64,000 bases of DNA from Eledone cirrhosa (lineage: Eukaryota). The notes under the pieces were generated by a model. That model made no database searches. It saw only the letters and a program-made list of their open reading frames with translations, and was not told the origin of the DNA. Where the stretch lies: the NCBI GenBank assembly GCA_964016885.1, contig OZ024740.1, positions 369,520,001 to 369,584,000 on the forward strand, written 5' to 3'. Of the stretch, positions 1-14,852 are shown in pieces; the stretch's first letter is position 1, and each line of letters starts with the position of its first letter. Both the position numbers and the translations under genes were made by a program.

Positions 1-708
1 TGTGTACGAGAATAAATAATATTGTTTTCTTTTAAAAATAGAGTTTAGTTGGGTTGTGTATCATTCAGGTAACATTGATTGCATTCAATCGTAACAGGTC
101 AATAATTGCGTAGATGTAACCATAAATATTGTAAAACTTTCTTCGTGCCAAGAGACCATGAGAGTGTATAGTCACAGATATTGCATCCTCACAAAACATT
201 GATTCATTTTGCTGTACAAGTGACACTAAAAAAGCACTTATATATTAAATCTATTTCTCTTAAAATAATTATATACATTGAATAATGATGAAGCGTATCA
301 CCAAAGTTGTGAAACGGAAAATTTTTATTTCTATACAAATACTACGTATCGCGTAAAGTAAATTATTCAAAATGTAGACCATAAAATGATATATTCTTTT
401 GTGAAAATATATGAAAATTTCTCCAAAGTTTAATCTTGAATCAATTGTGTTGTGGAAACCACATCTATTTCAAACGAGATTACATAAGTGTTTATAATAG
501 GTTTGAATAGATTAAGATTTCGTTGTCCATCGACATTTTCATGAAAATTGCATTATTAAAAACAACTTTCGAAAATGATGTGTATCATAGGGAACAAAAC
601 TGGATGGTAAAATAGCGCACATCACGTTCTGTGATTAATACGACTATGGCATACATTGCAAGTGCTTTCAGCTTTCTCTATTATTGACGAATAATATGAA
701 TACACGCA

Positions 709-828
<120 letters not shown>

Positions 829-890
829 GTTCGGAATAACAGTAAATATATAAACAGAGAAACGCAGGAGTACATTTTACAAATATTATT

Positions 891-1076
891 AGAGATTGGC
901 AGTATCGGTAGAGAGTCGGACGCCATGCTTTGACGCAGAGAGTTACGGCCCCTGCCATTCTGTGTTCAAATCCCGCCGAGGTTAACTTTGCCTTTCATCC
1001 TAACGGTGTCGATAAAATAAAGTACCAGTAATGCACTGGGTAATAGCTGGTCTTGTGCCAAAACTAGAAACAATTA
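891..1076 (+). mobile_element. tRNA-derived SINE (family A)
   Basis: A-box-like TGGCAGTATCGG, B-box GTTCAAATC, central GCCTTTCATCC..GTCGATAAAATAAAGTACC, and 3' end GAAACAATTA. At least six other close copies occur in the window. Confidence 0.9.
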
Positions 1077-1584
1077 TTATATTCACGCTTGGTAAAAGTG
1101 GGGACCGGGTTGCCACGTATCGGGCATAAGCTCTCCAGCAGGAGAGGTGGTAACTCCGAGAAGTAGTGAGAGGGCAGTTAGCGAGAAAAATAGAAATAAA
1201 AATGAATGGAAAATGGAATATGAAGTGGAAAATAAAAGTTATTAAAATGTGAGAGGGGTGCACGGAGCCAGGAGGGCATGGGTGTGGTTGTGCGTGAGGG
1301 GTGGATGGGGGTTTAGAGAGAGGGGGAAGGAAAATGGGGTCCGAGCGGAATATGGCGGAAGGTGTGTGTATGTGTGTGTAGATGTACGTGTGTGTGTGTG
1401 TGTATGCGTGGATTTAAGTGTGAGAGTCTTCGGGAGAGAGGGTGTAATTGATTGTGGGCTTTGAAAAACCATTGTGTGTGTTGGAGTGGAGTGTATATAC
1501 CATATAGAATGCCCTTATAAAGCTATTCTCCCGTTATTGAGCACATGGTTTTCCCTGTGAAGCTATCGAAACTTCACTTTAATA

Positions 1585-1649
<65 letters not shown>

Positions 1650-1895
1650 TATGAGTCTGTATAGGTGTGTGCTCAAACGGGTACGTATGCGGGCAAATGC
1701 ATACTTGTATGCATGGTGCCTTAACTGGTCATTCTGTATATGTGAGTACTTGACATGCTTGGTAGATAATAAATGTCGAAAGGCCAGCATACATAGATGT
1801 ATTTCATTCTATCAACTGAACCCACATTTACAAACATTCTGATTGCTGTACAGTGGTGTGATGTTTGGTATATATGTGTATGTAGTACGGTTATG

Positions 1896-1945
<50 letters not shown>

Positions 1946-2319
1946 TGATTGCGTAAGGATATGTGATATATAAGGTATATAAATCCCCGAGACTTTTGAT
2001 ATAACTATCGGTTATATGTGGTGCGTGTCAGGGAAACCAAGTAACCTATGGATTATTCAAGAATAATTATGTTAAGATTCATATAGAATCTACTCTAATG
2101 AAAGAAAAATTAGTTTTTAAAATAATATAAAAAAAACAGTAATTCGAGTCACTCTTTCCATATTAAACAGAAAGAACTTTCGAACACGAACCAGATGCAA
2201 GACAAACCACAAACTCTCCATCTCAATATTACTTTTGAAAAGCATAAGAACTGTTAAACCATTAAAGGAAATAAATATATATTCTTAAAATGACTCCAGT
2301 TGCATTTTCGATTTCTGTT

Positions 2320-2436
<117 letters not shown>

Positions 2437-2444
2437 AAATAAAT

Positions 2445-4947
2445 CAAAGAACGCCTACATACTCATACAATTTTTATTCGCTAACAATGTTTCATCCATA
2501 CCGTAGGGCAAGGATCATCAGAGCATTATAAACAAAAATATACTGCTGAATATAAGCTCTACCAAGCTTAGTCACCAGAACAGTAGAGATACAGTACAGG
2601 AGATTGGATATGAGAAGGACGGAGAGAATGCGTAATGGGGTTGTTAATCAACATTATAGCAAAACATGAGAATACAAGAATGCAGGCAGATTTTCTCAAA
2701 AGAGACTGAGGCATGTGAAGGCACACAAAAGCAATCAAAAGAGGGTATGCATTGGTTACTATAGAACTACTATGAGACCCATAAGGTACCTTCAGAAGGT
2801 CCAAAGGTCCATAGTATGGGCAAACAGGGTAGAGCAGTGGGTTACGGAATTACGTGGACAAGAGGTGTTAAACCTGCACATGGACAGGCATCACACCGAT
2901 ATAAGCAAAACACAGACAAAGCGGGGTTAATGCATAAACGAGCTGAAGCAATCAATACATAACAAATATGGTTTAGTCACTGTTTAAGGCATATTTGGCG
3001 AGAAGTCATAACACATGTACATCAACCATAAATGGTAGTCCAATCGCTTTCGTATGTCCCAATCGGCGAGAAGTCATAACATATGTAGACCGTCCGTAGG
3101 TGGTAATCCAAACGTATTCATATGTTCACCAATACATACCAGCATATATGGTAACATGTGTTACATGCTATTTTACACATCCAAATTCTCATACGCTCGA
3201 AACACCAGATTGAGATGTGTTACATGTCCAAGTTATAACTCCAAATCTTCATACGGTTATATTTATCCCACTCCGTATTCCAAGCCTAACAGCGCCCAAA
3301 TATTGCTTGATTATATGCAGCAGTAATTGCCCGTTGAGCCCTCGCGCACAGAAAGTGGATCAACAAGCAACACAAAACACAAAAAATAACATAAAAGTGC
3401 TCAGATCAGATCCCCAATTCCACCAGGCACAACAGCATGTCTGTCAATTGAAGTCGTATTCATACAGGTATACATTAGCCGTACAAGACAGCTCCCATAT
3501 CCCGCAATAATGCAGGAACCCGGCTCCGCAAAAAATAAACACAACCGCTTCACAATTCGTCCCAATGGCGATAGGTATATACACACCAACCCATGACGTA
3601 AAAGGCACATACAGCGTATTACTCTTTTCAGTCGCCAATTAAAGACTTTTCAATGGCAGAAAAAGGGGGACTACTCTATACGTCATCTATGAGACTATTT
3701 ATTTCCAACTGCCACAGAAATTCATCCGCCAAGTGAGTTACCACGCTGTGTCAATAAGATTCGTACCAATAAAGAACTATATTATTGTTAGATCTCCAGA
3801 GTTGTCATGTAGATCATACCATATGATATTAAATCCCAGTTTAACGTAGGATATGTCGATAAGACCATAACTAATGTTACTATGGGGAAGTATTCATACT
3901 TAGTCGGGTTCAAACAGATGGCATTAAATATAGGTACTACGCAAAAGAGAACCCTAATTTAATACATAGGTGTAGCCTTTGCTAAGTATGAGGGGTGGGC
4001 AGTATACGTATGTCCTGCAGTAAGAAGGGTCTATATATGGAACTAGATACTCCCATAGGAGTCTGTGGGACCACTCCAAATGGGGCGATTAGGTAAGTTA
4101 GCTCCCGCGTAATAGCTACGGGCTGTTATTCCCGATAGAATACCGTCCATTATCATTGAGAGATATATTTATTGAGAGCTACGCCTTCCATCGGGGATCC
4201 AATACGCAACTAATTAAAGTTTAAATCCCCGCCCCACACGGGGCTAGGCGTACCTATACACACCAGCAATCCTCGAGTTGGGGGTACATGGCTTGGGGGA
4301 CTACCCAACGGTAGGGGCAGTAGGGAACTCACGAAGTGTAGGTCCCGTGGGGGTCACCCATGGGAACTTAGACGTACGTGTAGTGGGCCGGGCCAACCAG
4401 AAACATCCGATTGTCAAGCAATACACAAGTGCAATGTAACAAATGGCCCCTAGGCATAAAATATTGCATACCGAGGAGAGTCAACATGAAGAGAAGCTAT
4501 TTGGTGAAGGTAATAGGTTTAAGGAGGCGGATTGTTGAAAGAGTGTTACAGAGCTACCGAAGAGGGACGAGTGATATCCCGGTGGAACTAGCTAATTGGC
4601 TTAAAGTGGTAAAAGGAACTAAGATTCATATGTATTGAAGAAGAACACATTTCTGATTTCCTATTGAGCAGGATACATCTAGAGTATATTATGGCGTGAG
4701 ACTCCAGAAGGCACAGTTTACAAGTTTTTGCTCGGGGGGCAGTAGGGCGTAGATTTAATTACAAATCTCCAGTTAAGGGTATAATTAATACTAGCGTTTT
4801 TTAAGAAGGAAATATATTTGGCCAGGGAGGTTGCATTCCTGAGCCTATCTTATCTAAATGTATATTTTTCGGAGTTGTATCAAGTCTTAAAGGGGGTAGA
4901 AGTAGATCCCACATATGTTTTGGTGGAGGTTGCCGTTACAACATCCT
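2445..4947 (-). mobile_element. Highly degenerate Penelope-like element remnant
   Basis: Bounded by (TA)n/(GA)n and (TA)n, with an HHR near the minus-strand 3' end. Only weak coding-like patches (YTAHPSYLAK, RIGEH) and no long ORF. Confidence 0.45.
2480..2524 (-). ncRNA. Type I hammerhead ribozyme
   Basis: Minus strand reads gct-CTGATGA-tcc(ttgccctacggtat)gga-t-GAAA-cattg-TT-agc. Confidence 0.75.
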
Positions 4948-5119
4948 ATATATATATATAATATATACACTTTATTTCACGTTGCTCTTTATACCTGGAG
5001 TTGCGACCGATCCGCTAAGGTGAAACAATTGTTCTCGGTATGGTGAACTAACTGTTGTGTTACCACTTCTATCTAACTCGTCCTTTGGGCTGAGTGCTCT
5101 ACACTACGGATATTACCTT

Positions 5120-5495
<376 letters not shown>

Positions 5496-5617
5496 GTAAA
5501 TATATATATATATAGAGGAAATAGTATATATTTTATCTTGTGATTCTATAGACACATTTTATGATATATATATATATATATATGAAATATAAGAATCAAA
5601 GAACTGTTCAAAACATT

Positions 5618-5670
5618 ATTGTGCTTACAGCTGTTTCCTCCAAACCGAGGTTTGGATTCTTCGGAGCAAT
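5618..5670 (-). ncRNA. Type I hammerhead ribozyme (inverted copy)
   Basis: Reverse complement of 7051-7103. Confidence 0.65.
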
Positions 5671-7050
5671 TTATTAATGCATGGACAGTTATATGACCTC
5701 CTTTTCAGCCGAGAGACATACCAATACATATTCAAACATTGATACATATTCAAACATTGTGGGTCAACATTCATTACAGAATTTAGAGTGGCAGTACACA
5801 CTTCGAGATTACATTTATATTAATAGGTACAATCAAAAATCAAAGATATAGGTTAAAGTACAACATGAAGATAAGTGGTTATATAGTGCAAATGTTATAT
5901 GTGTGGCACGCATGTGCGTCTTGTTTATATAGTGTGGCAGAGAGATATGTGTGGTAGAGGCACTTAGGTAGGTAAATAAGAGTGTTAGGTTGGTAGATCT
6001 GGTGGCAAAGTCTTTATATGATTGATATAGTCTGTGTGTGGAGAAATATTATAAGCATTAAAGATAGTGCAAGCATTAAAAGTGTTATAAGTATTGGAGA
6101 TGCACAGCGCAGGGATGTCAAGTAATTCATGTACTTCGGCATTTTCATGGTCAAGGGAGTGTATATTTCGATTATATGCCTTTCACATAATCCACGACAA
6201 TCCATTGGTAGCACCTTAAGATGGGTTAATCCACCTTAATAATAATATCATCACCTTCAGCATAATTTAGTTAAACTACTCTATAGTTAGTACACTTTAT
6301 GCTTTAAAAGTCTCTCTTGGAAGGTGCACCTCACCATAGAATTTAGGGTCTATATTGGGACACATTTTAATGGCTAGATATAGAAACCCCAGAGTTACCT
6401 CCCCGCATGCATTAACTCCCCTTAGCCACACACACACTTCCGGTATTCAATGGCGTTTCTCGAAACGTAACAACCTCCTGTATCGAACTAAAGAACACCA
6501 GACTACGATCTCTAACTGGATTGTCGTGGATTATGTGAAAGGCATATAATCGAAATATACACTCCCTTGACCATGAAAATGCCGAAGTAGATGAATTACT
6601 TGACATCCCTGCGCTGTGCATCTCCAATACTTATAACACTTTTAATGCTTGCACTATCTTTAATGCTTATAATATTTCTCCACACACAGACTATATCAAT
6701 CATATAAAGACTTTGCCACCAGATCTACCAACCTAACACTCTTATTTACCTACCTAAGTGCCTCTACCACACATATCTCTCTGCCACACTATATAAACAA
6801 GACGCACATGCGTGCCACACATATAACATTTGCACTATATAACCACTTATCTTCATGTTGTACTTTAACCTATATCTTTGATTTTTGATTGTACCTATTA
6901 ATATAAATGTAATCTCGAAGTGTGTACTGCCACTCTAAATTCTGTAATGAATGTTGACCCACAATGTTTGAATATGTATCAATGTTTGAATATGTATTGG
7001 TATGTCTCTCGGCTGAAAAGGAGGTCATATAACTGTCCATGCATTAATAA

Positions 7051-7103
7051 ATTGCTCCGAAGAATCCAAACCTCGGTTTGGAGGAAACAGCTGTAAGCAC
7101 AAT
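7051..7103 (+). ncRNA. Type I hammerhead ribozyme, CCGAAGA core variant
   Basis: tgct-CCGAAGA-a-tccaaacc(tc)ggtttgga-g-GAAA-cagctg-TA-agca, with a loopless palindromic stem III. Confidence 0.65.
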
Positions 7104-7300
7104 AATGTTTTGAACAGTTCTTTGATTCTTATATTTCATATAACTGCTCTGTAAATCATCTGATGTTTTTACATTGAGCTACTTAACTTAGTGGTAATAA
7201 GGTAGTAATACATTACTGCCTACCACTATTTAGGGTGTGTGTAAAATACTTACAACTGCTTAAGGTTTTGTGTTTACATAACCATAAATAGTATAACTAA

Positions 7301-7336
<36 letters not shown>

Positions 7337-7342
7337 ATATAT

Positions 7343-7912
7343 ATATGAAATACGTCCCTTCACGCACAAGTAGGTAAAGTCAATTTTTTAACATTTATTT
7401 TGAAACTTTTTCATTATTTGCTAAACCTTGTTTATATTTGTTCTGGCTCGTTAATTTATTAACCCGCCATTGAACCACATTGGCACTTGGTTGGACAATA
7501 CATGCGTACCTTGGCGCCTTGTGCGTGAAGGGACGTATTTCATATTACTACTACCTCCACTAACGTTGAGAACAAACCGGGTCATAACGACTGCTGCTGG
7601 CAACAGCGGTGGCTAGTTTGACCTACCTCCTTTTGCCTCTATCTTTGCTACGGCCCTTGATAAACCTGTTCTACATCATCCACTCTCATCCTAGGAACAG
7701 TTTTTGATAGCGCTAGTTTGTGATTTAAATTCAGGAATTTTATATTCTTTGAATGAAAAGAACCTTCTGACGAGAATCTCTCTTTGCAACGAAGGCCGTA
7801 TGGTCTCCGTTTTATTTTTGGGATTCGAAACCGATCGGTTAAGGTAACTATAGTAGGTAAAGTCAATTTTTTTTAATTTATTTTGAAACTTTTTCATTAT
7901 TTGCTAAACCTT

Positions 7913-7920
<8 letters not shown>
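7343..7920 (+). mobile_element. Non-coding retrozyme-like element (483-bp unit, about 1.15-mer, short inverted 5' piece)
   Basis: Direct repeat 7369-7437 = 7852-7920; 7343-7370 is the reverse complement of 7518-7545. Intact HHR, no meaningful ORF, (TA)n flanks. Confidence 0.75.
7762..7845 (+). ncRNA. Type I hammerhead ribozyme
   Basis: acctt-CTGACGA-gaatctc(loop)gggattc-GAAA-ccgatcgg-TT-aaggt. All three stems pair, and cleavage is predicted after 7840. Confidence 0.9.
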
Positions 7921-8007
<87 letters not shown>

Positions 8008-8508
8008 GGAAGTGTGGTAAGGAATTAGGTGGACCATAACGTACCAGATTACTCGATATTTAGGGTAGTGGATTGGGTAATAGGAAACACATTCGGATAT
8101 ATCTGCCGAAACGGCCGGAGGTCAGCCGTGGGGGTCCTGACTCTTTTCCTATATATATATATATATATAGGACGTGTGTCTTGTGTCGTTTTCCTCTCGA
8201 CCACTCTGTCTTTAACTTAAGTTCTCTTATCGAGTGGTCTTGGATTTCTTACCTATAGTTGCTAGCACATTGCTCGGTTTGTTGTTTTCTTTCGCTGTTT
8301 TGTTACTGTTTTCTCCTTTCTACCCTTTTGCTTTCCTTCCTTCCTTCCTCCGTTTTCCCAATAACTTATCAAGTTATTGATGCCCAGGGGCAAGATATAT
8401 TGTCTTTAAAGCGTAGAAATATCCGAGACCCCCAGTAGACATATGATGAGTAAAACTACCCCCCCCCCTCGTCCTTGCTTTCTTCGTATACCCACTGCAT
8501 TTTAAGTC

Positions 8509-8539
<31 letters not shown>

Positions 8540-9419
8540 TGTGTGTGTGTATGTGTGTGTTTATATATTTGTTATAAATTTGCGCATGTGTTATGACCAA
8601 GATGGATTTTACGTATAGTAATATTAATATGCGAAATCTAGGTTTCCACACCATTTTTCATTTCGTAATTAGACGTAATACCAGCGGTGTCATTACTAAA
8701 TCAAAAATCTTTGGTTCACTTCTTGGTAAATGTCTAAAGGAGCCTCTTATTTAATATATAACCATAGAATCAATTTCTAAGGTACTGCAACGCATTCATA
8801 TTTTCACAGTCCTACTTTCAATGTTATTAATTCATACGCCTCTCTCCATATGACTTCGTAATCACATGATTTTAATAGCGCAGTGGGAGGTGTAATTTAG
8901 AAGACGGGCTTTGTTCCTCCACTCTTTATTTCTTTGCCTATTGATATGATACATTATCCGTCAACCTTGGTTTGAGATTTCCATTTTAGGGCGCAATCAA
9001 CAAGCTGGTAGCAGCCATTAAATTATATATCTATTAGGGAAGACTGTTCGATTGCTGTCTGCCACTACTTCCTTGGTTTGAGATTCATAGCAGCAGATGT
9101 TAGGTCATCAAAATAGATATTCTGACTAGTTAGTGTTTTGGTTTTGTTTCCTTTCATGCGTTGGCATGCACATTATAGTTTAGAAATTGATAATATAGAA
9201 TGATAATATAAAGTATTGAACATGGAATATTGGAAGATATAAGGGAGTATAAGATAATAAAATATAAAATAAGAATATCAATGATATTCTACGTTTGAAT
9301 TATAAGGAGATAACATGAACAGTACAATAGTAAGGGAATAGATACACGTACACGGACTCATACATCTACACGGAGCATGTTTTCCTCCATAGGGACATAC
9401 AACGTACATATATATACAT

Positions 9420-9465
<46 letters not shown>

Positions 9466-9506
9466 CGAAACATAAGTCAATTGCATGAACTCATAATCCT
9501 TTATTT

Positions 9507-9562
9507 ACTGCTATATATATTTCGATGATAGCCATTGAATGGCTATGACCGCATCAGGCAGT
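9507..9562 (-). ncRNA. Hammerhead ribozyme in inverted pLTR (core mutated to CTGATGC)
   Basis: actgc-CTGATGc-ggtcatagccattcaatggctatcatc-GAAA-tatata-TA-gcagt on the minus strand. Confidence 0.7.
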
Positions 9563-11358
9563 TAGTCAGTTCTTAGATATGCCAGCTCTGTGTTTATAGT
9601 GTAGATGGTATCAGAGCCTTGTGACATATGAGCTTGTTAGGAATAATTTAATGTTGTCAGTAGGAATAGTCTTGATTCTCATTGGTCAGTTTGTAGATGC
9701 TAGTAGGGTTGGTATTTGACCTCAAAGAGGCAGGTGGTGTTGTAAAGTCTAAACCGTCAGGCAAGATGACAATAGTTCCATATAACTGAATTTCACAAAA
9801 AGCATTCCTGGTCAAATATATATTCAATTAAAGTTAATAGCATGAAATAAATACTAGAGGTCATTCTTAAATTGATGAATTTATGTGGAGTGGTGCTACT
9901 GAAAATGTATGGTTAGAGTAGAAAATTTACAATTAAAAAGACTCATGTAGGTTGGCTTGCACGTACACTCACACCCACCTCCACAGCACACTCACACATC
10001 CACACATACACAATGTGGGGTGGTAATACTTAAAATAATGCTTAGAAATAAAAGGTTTATTCTGGTTGACTTGTACATACACTCACACCTACCTCCTCAG
10101 ACACTCAGACATCTACACACACAAATCCATACAGGTGTGTATATATGTGTATGCATGTACGCAGAAGTATATGTATATACATATAAAATACATATATATA
10201 CACAGAACATACATATATATAAAATATATATATATACATAAAATACACACATACATAAAATATATACACACATAAAACATACATACATACATATATATAA
10301 AATGCACATACATATATATATAAAATATATACATATATATACATACATATATATAAAATACACATATATACACATATAAAATATATATATATATACACAT
10401 GATATACATATACATATATATATAAAATCAGGTTCAATAGAATGTGCTTTTGATTACTCCTAACCAGTAGAGGATCCGGTGGACCATCCACCATAGGGAC
10501 CACAAACTAAGGGTGGTTGTTATTGTCCATTGGTCATTGGTACGGGGTGTAGGGGACCAACATGGGTGGGGTGCGATGTGGGAGGCCGTAACCGGGGTTT
10601 ATCCATATAGCTTCAGGAAAGTTCCCGTCCTTAGGTGTCTGCATGCACCGAATAAGTCGGCCCTTTTGTTTAATAGCTTGGTTCCGCCATGACGAATCTC
10701 GAGTGTCTCAATAAGACAGATGTTGCAAATACCAGACCCGCCTCTGTCTGGGGAAACCTTTCTAACCCTGGACGAGACCAGAGTATGCGGGGTCTTTTCA
10801 TGTTTGAGCTCCCAGATCTGAAAAGGCCGTACATTTCCTCTTATCTATTCTGTTAAAGGATTGGCGATGGTTATACCACCGATCTTTGAAGCTCGTCGCT
10901 GTGAGTCCTATGTAGTGGTGCTCCGAGTTAGGGGTTGTGACCTTGCACCTGTAAACTACGTTTTTCGTCATGCATTCATTACTAAGAGGGCATAGTACTG
11001 GGTCTCTGCAATTAAATGTCTTCTTAAGCCCCACCACATGTACCGCGTGGTTACCATCACGCTGGGTAGCCTCCATAATCAGCACAGGGTCGTTGAGTTC
11101 CGGTGTGCTAGTTGGGCCTGTCCGGGTTCCGTTGCTTCCCGCGTGCTGGTTCTGTTGTGTGGCTCCGGGGTTTATGGTAGTATTAGAGGCAGTGAGCCTA
11201 TTTCTATTTATGCCAGCTATTTGCTGGGCTACGGAGCGTGTGGTTGAGTAGGAAATTTCACCGTGTGCCTGTTGAACATTTTTATATATGTGTGTATTTT
11301 ATGTATATATATATTTCATATATGTTATATATATATGCATGTTCTGTGTATATATATG

Positions 11359-11400
<42 letters not shown>

Positions 11401-12031
11401 TTTGCGTACGTACATACATATATATATACACACCTGTATGAATTTGTGTGTGTAGATGTCTGAGTGTCTGAGGGGTTAGGTGTAAGTGTATGTACAAGTC
11501 AACCAGAATAAACCTTTTATTTCTAAATTTTCTAAACTATCTAAGTATTGGACTCTAACCATTATTTTAAATATTACCACCCCGCATTTTGTATGTGTGG
11601 ATGTGTGTGTGTGTGTCTGTGGAGGTGGTTGTGAGTCTACGTGCAAGCCAACCTACATAAGTCTTTTTATTTGTAAATTTTCGAATCCAACCATAAATTC
11701 CAGTAGCACCACTCCACATAAATTCCTCAATTTAAGAATGACGTCTAGTATTTATTTCATACTATTAACCTTAATTGAATATATATCTGACCAGGAATGC
11801 TTTTTGTGAAAATCAGTCATATGGAACTATTGTCATTTTGCCTGACGGTTTGAACTTTACAACACCACCTGCCTCTTTGAGGTCAAATACCAACCCTACT
11901 ACCATCTGCAAACTGACCAATGAGAATCAAGACTATTCCTGCTGACAACATTAAATTATTCCTAACAAGCTCATATGTCCCAAGGCTCTGATACCATGAA
12001 CACTATAAACACAGAGCTGGCATATCTAAGA

Positions 12032-12087
12032 ACTGACTGATGAGGTCATAGCCATTCAATGGCTATCATCGAAATATATATAGCAGT
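12032..12087 (+). ncRNA. Hammerhead ribozyme in 5' pLTR
   Basis: CTGATGA-ggtcatagccattcaatggctatcatc-GAAA-tatata-TA-gcagt. Confidence 0.8.
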
Positions 12088-12280
12088 AAATAAAGGATTA
12101 TGAGTTCGTGCAATTGACTAATGTTTCGTCACTATTATAACTCCGGAACTTATATCTTCGTTAAGTGCTCCCTATCCGCATACTGAAGTACTGGATTTTA
12201 CCAACACTTACTTTCTTGCTTATCTCATGCTCCACACCCTGTTGAGCGCTTCATACGGTAGCGGACCGCAGCCAATATAA

Positions 12281-14852
12281 ATGAACTCACCACACTGGCA
12301 TCACTGAAGGACATCTCATTACCGGGTAAAAGAGAATACACAAGGAATCTCACTAAGATTACTGACTCCCTAATACGCAGGATGATGTGGAGGGCTTACC
12401 AATTCATAGAGGAAACCCCAATATTAATAACCAAAAATGCATGGAGTGCCTCTTCAGATCAAGAAGACCCACCACCACCAGAACAGACTTTTGGAAGAGT
12501 TCGAGATCGAAATTATTGTCATCATTTCCAACATCAAATTTTCAGACCAACCATACCGGGGTCGAGAGTACCTTAGACGACTGGACAATGGAATTACCGA
12601 GCATAAGGAATCCTTGCCGACAAAACCAACAACATTTACAGTATGGAGGTTCAACTTTACCATGAGGTAATCCTCAAGGGAATTCAGAAAAAGCTACAAA
12701 AGTACGCCCGAGGCTACCCTTGAGGATATCAATATCAAGGCTTATGAGATCGTATCTGGTCTTGGTATAGATGATAGGACGGCTCCATACCAAGCAAGGG
12801 AGCCGAGGATTACCATTAATGACCACAAACCAAACTTCGAGTCTAACCTGCCGGTCAGACTGATAGCTGCCTCCCGGTCAGACATGGGGGTTATTAGCAA
12901 AAGCATTTTAGATAGGATCCCACACTTAAGAGTAAAATAAGGTTACAGCTCTAGTCCTGCACCAGCCAGGTGCTGGACTGGTTTACATTTTTTACCACCT
13001 GACAAACATAGGACTAGCTTCATACAACTAGACATCAACAATTACTACTCGCCCATAATCCTGAACAAGGCACTCATATTCGCGATAAATAGGACAGACC
13101 TAACACGCGACGAGGTCCGAATCATACACGCCGCCAGTAACACCCTGATCCGATTCGGTGGGTACATATGGACCCGCAGCGACTGGCCAAATAATTTTGA
13201 CATTACAATTGGCTCCAGTGACTCCGCGCAGCTAACGGACTTGGTTGGGATATACATACTCTACGAGATCAGGAGAGAAATACCCAACCTGGGTGGCGGG
13301 CTGTACCGAGACGACGCACTCTTCACTGGAGTGGACCACAGCACCACAATGGCGAAAATATGAAGGGGAGAATTAGGCACTTCTTTAGCAAGGTAGGACT
13401 TAAGGTAGAAATGGAACTCAATAGAAAAGTAATGAATTTGCTGGACACCACGCTCAACCTCAACACCAAGCTACACCACCCATATCATAAAACCATGAGA
13501 AGCTGGTGTATATCAACGCTGGTCTAATCACCCTACATCTATAGTTAAGGCCGTAGATAAGAGTGTCTCTGAGAAGGGTCTCTAACTTGTCGGCCAATAA
13601 AGTGATCTTCAATAGTAACGCTGATTACTATAACTCAGCGCTAGCTAAGGCATCCAACAGCCATAGGATTAGGTATAACCCTAAGGGACATGATCGAGAT
13701 GACCCAAGGGTACCCCGGACCAATACTCTCAGGGGCATGAGTCGCCCACCTAATACCTCGGTGACCAGTCGTAACACGCCCAGACCCCTATCCGTCACCA
13801 CCCCCGGTAGAAGGTCCCGCATACCTCACCGGTCTAATACCTACAACGCTGAAGACCACTGTGCTGCGGAGCATAGGCACCCCTACACCGGCCCCAACAC
13901 CCGCCGAACCCTATTTGAGCAGGGAGGCCGCACCTCGCAGGTTTATAGCCCCACGGTGGGCCCATATAACCCTCATGATAGTGACCGCTCCGCACACCTG
14001 AGTGACACCAACCGAGCTCGACCTGAGCTGTGCATAACCACGCAATGGCCCACGGCGGACACCCAGCAACCCCGCAAGAATACGACCAGGAAGGTCACAT
14101 GGTCTAACACTCCGTACTCGGTGGGTCTACGTACCAGCCTGGCTAGAACATTCTTTAGAGTACTGGATAAATGTTTCCCTAGGTCCCACAAGTAGCATAA
14201 AATATTCAACAGGCACACGGTGAAACCTTCCTACTCAACCACACGCTCCGTAGCCGATCACATAGCTGGCATAAATAGGAATATGCTCACAGCCTCTAAT
14301 ACCACCGTAAACCCCGGAGCCACCCAACTGAACCAGCACGCGGATACGCCCAACTAGCACACCGGAAACCAACGACCGTGTGCTGATTGCGGAGGCTACC
14401 CAGCCAACCCCGAGTGATGGTAACCACGGGGTACATGTGGTGGGGCTTAAGAAGTCATGTAATTGCAGAGACCCACCACTATGGCCCCATAGTAATGAAT
14501 GCATGACGAAAAACGTAGTTTACAGGTGCAAGGTCCCCTAACTCGGAACACCACTACATATGACCCACAGCGACGAGCTCTTAATGATCGGTGGTATAAC
14601 CATCGCCAATCCTTTAACAGAATAGATGAGAGGAAATGTACGGCCCTTTCTGAATTGATCTGGAAGCTCCAACTGGAAAAGACCCCGCACTCTCTGGTCT
14701 GGTCCGTGGTTAGAAAGGTTCGCCCAGACAGAGGCGGGTCTGGTATTTGCAACCTCTGTCTTATTGAGACACTCGAGATTCTTCATGGCGGAACCAAGCT
14801 ATTAAACAGAAGGGCCGACTTATTCGGTGCCTGCAGACACCTAAGGACGTGA
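12281..14852 (+). pseudogene. PLE reverse transcriptase + GIY-YIG endonuclease, frameshifted
   Basis: Collinear with the 16596 ORF (RRMMWRA, FDITIGSSDSA, LYRDD, CNCR..PH, CNLCLIE, LNRRADLFGACRH). Multiple stops and frameshifts. Confidence 0.88.

Larger units (their letters stand above)
5581..7303 (+). mobile_element. 5'-truncated PLE with inverted duplicated 3' end (fold-back; arms 5581-6204 and 6517-7140)
   Basis: Near-perfect inverted arms of about 620 bp. GIY-YIG C-terminal remnants (LLYRTKEHQ; LCERHIIEIYTPL), an HHR in each arm, and (TA)n on both sides. Confidence 0.8.

Noticed and set aside
891-970. tRNA gene
   Set aside because: Pol III boxes are present but there is no cloverleaf. 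It is a SINE head.
1095-1150. Minus-strand HHR-like motif (CTGCTGG-agagcttatgccc-GATA-cg)
   Set aside because: Both core boxes are mutated. It is probably a decayed PLE end, but too weak to call.
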